DNA of 64,000 nucleotides from Planctomycetaceae bacterium (GTDB lineage Bacteria; Planctomycetota; Planctomycetia; Pirellulales; Pirellulaceae): NCBI GenBank assembly GCA_020638975.1, contig JACKHN010000020.1, positions 1 to 64,000 of the forward strand, read 5' to 3'. Shown piece by piece: positions 63,522 to 64,000 of this stretch (position 1 is its first letter; each line of letters starts with the position of its first letter). The notes under the pieces were generated by a model. It saw only the letters and a program-made list of their open reading frames with translations, ran no database searches and was not told where the DNA came from. The position numbers and the translations under genes were made by a program.

Positions 63522-64000
63522 GACTTTCTTCCACCTTCGACGGTGACGATGTAACGGTCACGATTGCGTAACCTCTTCTGTGTGATAGACGAGGCTCGTG
63601 ACGGTCTTATCGGAAATACCCGTCGCAGAAGTTGAGTAAGAAAGGCAATCCTTGACGAGAATTCCGATAGTGCGGTTCGCAACGGTGCCGCTAGCGGTAG
63701 CGTCAAGAAAGAAAAACGGCCTCCGCAGGGGGGCAGTAACCTGCGAAGGCCAGAAGTGTTGCTCACGGAGGTGGGGCAGAAACCTCTCGCAAGCTACTAG
63801 GTACCCAACGTCCGATATTGTGAGCGGCCCTCATTCGAATTGCAATACGACACCCGCGACAAAATTGCAGAACGCCCCCTCAAATAGGCGAAGTGAATTG
63901 CTAACGCCCGATGAGGCCATATACTTCGTTAGCAGTTCACCTCGTACAAGTCGTGTGGATTCTTTCCCAGCGCGTCGAACAACAAGGCAGCAAACATGTT

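Noticed and set aside
63522-64000. Looked for tRNA or other RNA genes in the terminal 480-bp non-coding stretch
   Set aside because: No cloverleaf-compatible segments and no conserved T-loop (GTTCRANYC) were found. Only a 22-codon minus-strand ORF is present.

Overview
The window is a GC-rich (~55-60%) chromosomal segment that looks Planctomycetota (Pirellulales-like). Lineage-typical genes support this: a DUF1559 prepilin-type 'HxxG' protein, a Cys-type sulfatase, a Planctomycete cytochrome-c (CxxCH) domain, FHA-ABC transporters, and several secreted HEAT-repeat proteins. I call about 58 protein-coding genes and no rRNA, tRNA or CRISPR. Many minus-strand and internal ORFs on the six-frame track are antisense shadows or over-extended starts. 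I trimmed several starts to the methionine that gives a signal peptide or a Shine-Dalgarno. My manual base counting can be off by one in places, so coordinates are approximate to within 1-3 nt.

Housekeeping genes present include tex, efp, thiC, leuC/leuD, gmhA, a ROK glucokinase, a LplT-like MFS transporter, an aquaglyceroporin and a deoxyhypusine-synthase-like gene.

The accessory and interesting content is as follows:
- A ~160-bp MITE-like element with ~18-bp terminal inverted repeats is present twice in inverted orientation. The copies bracket a 4.1-kb four-gene cassette made of a DAC (diadenylate cyclase) domain protein, a HEAT-repeat lipoprotein, a hypothetical, and an SPFH/Band7 protein with a YbjN-like C-terminus. 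A 'gcactagt' motif supplies the stop codon of both terminal genes.
- A seven-gene chemosensory operon has no receptor gene: cheW, cheR-TPR, cheW, a small membrane protein, a cheA-REC hybrid and cheB, with a STAS gene upstream. Five tandem copies of a 16-bp unit sit in its promoter.
- There is a Ser/Thr-kinase fused to Hsp70, and a FAAL-ACP-alpha-oxoamine-synthase tri-domain lipid-biosynthesis enzyme.
- There is a redoxin, cytochrome c and Cu-monooxygenase-like fusion protein.
- An operon encodes secreted HEAT-repeat proteins with an FHA-FHA-ABC transporter.
- A DUF433/DUF5615 toxin-antitoxin pair is present.
- A family of REP-like GGACGGACG palindromes occurs at two sites.
- A (GTCATTG)x5 microsatellite lies between leuC and leuD.
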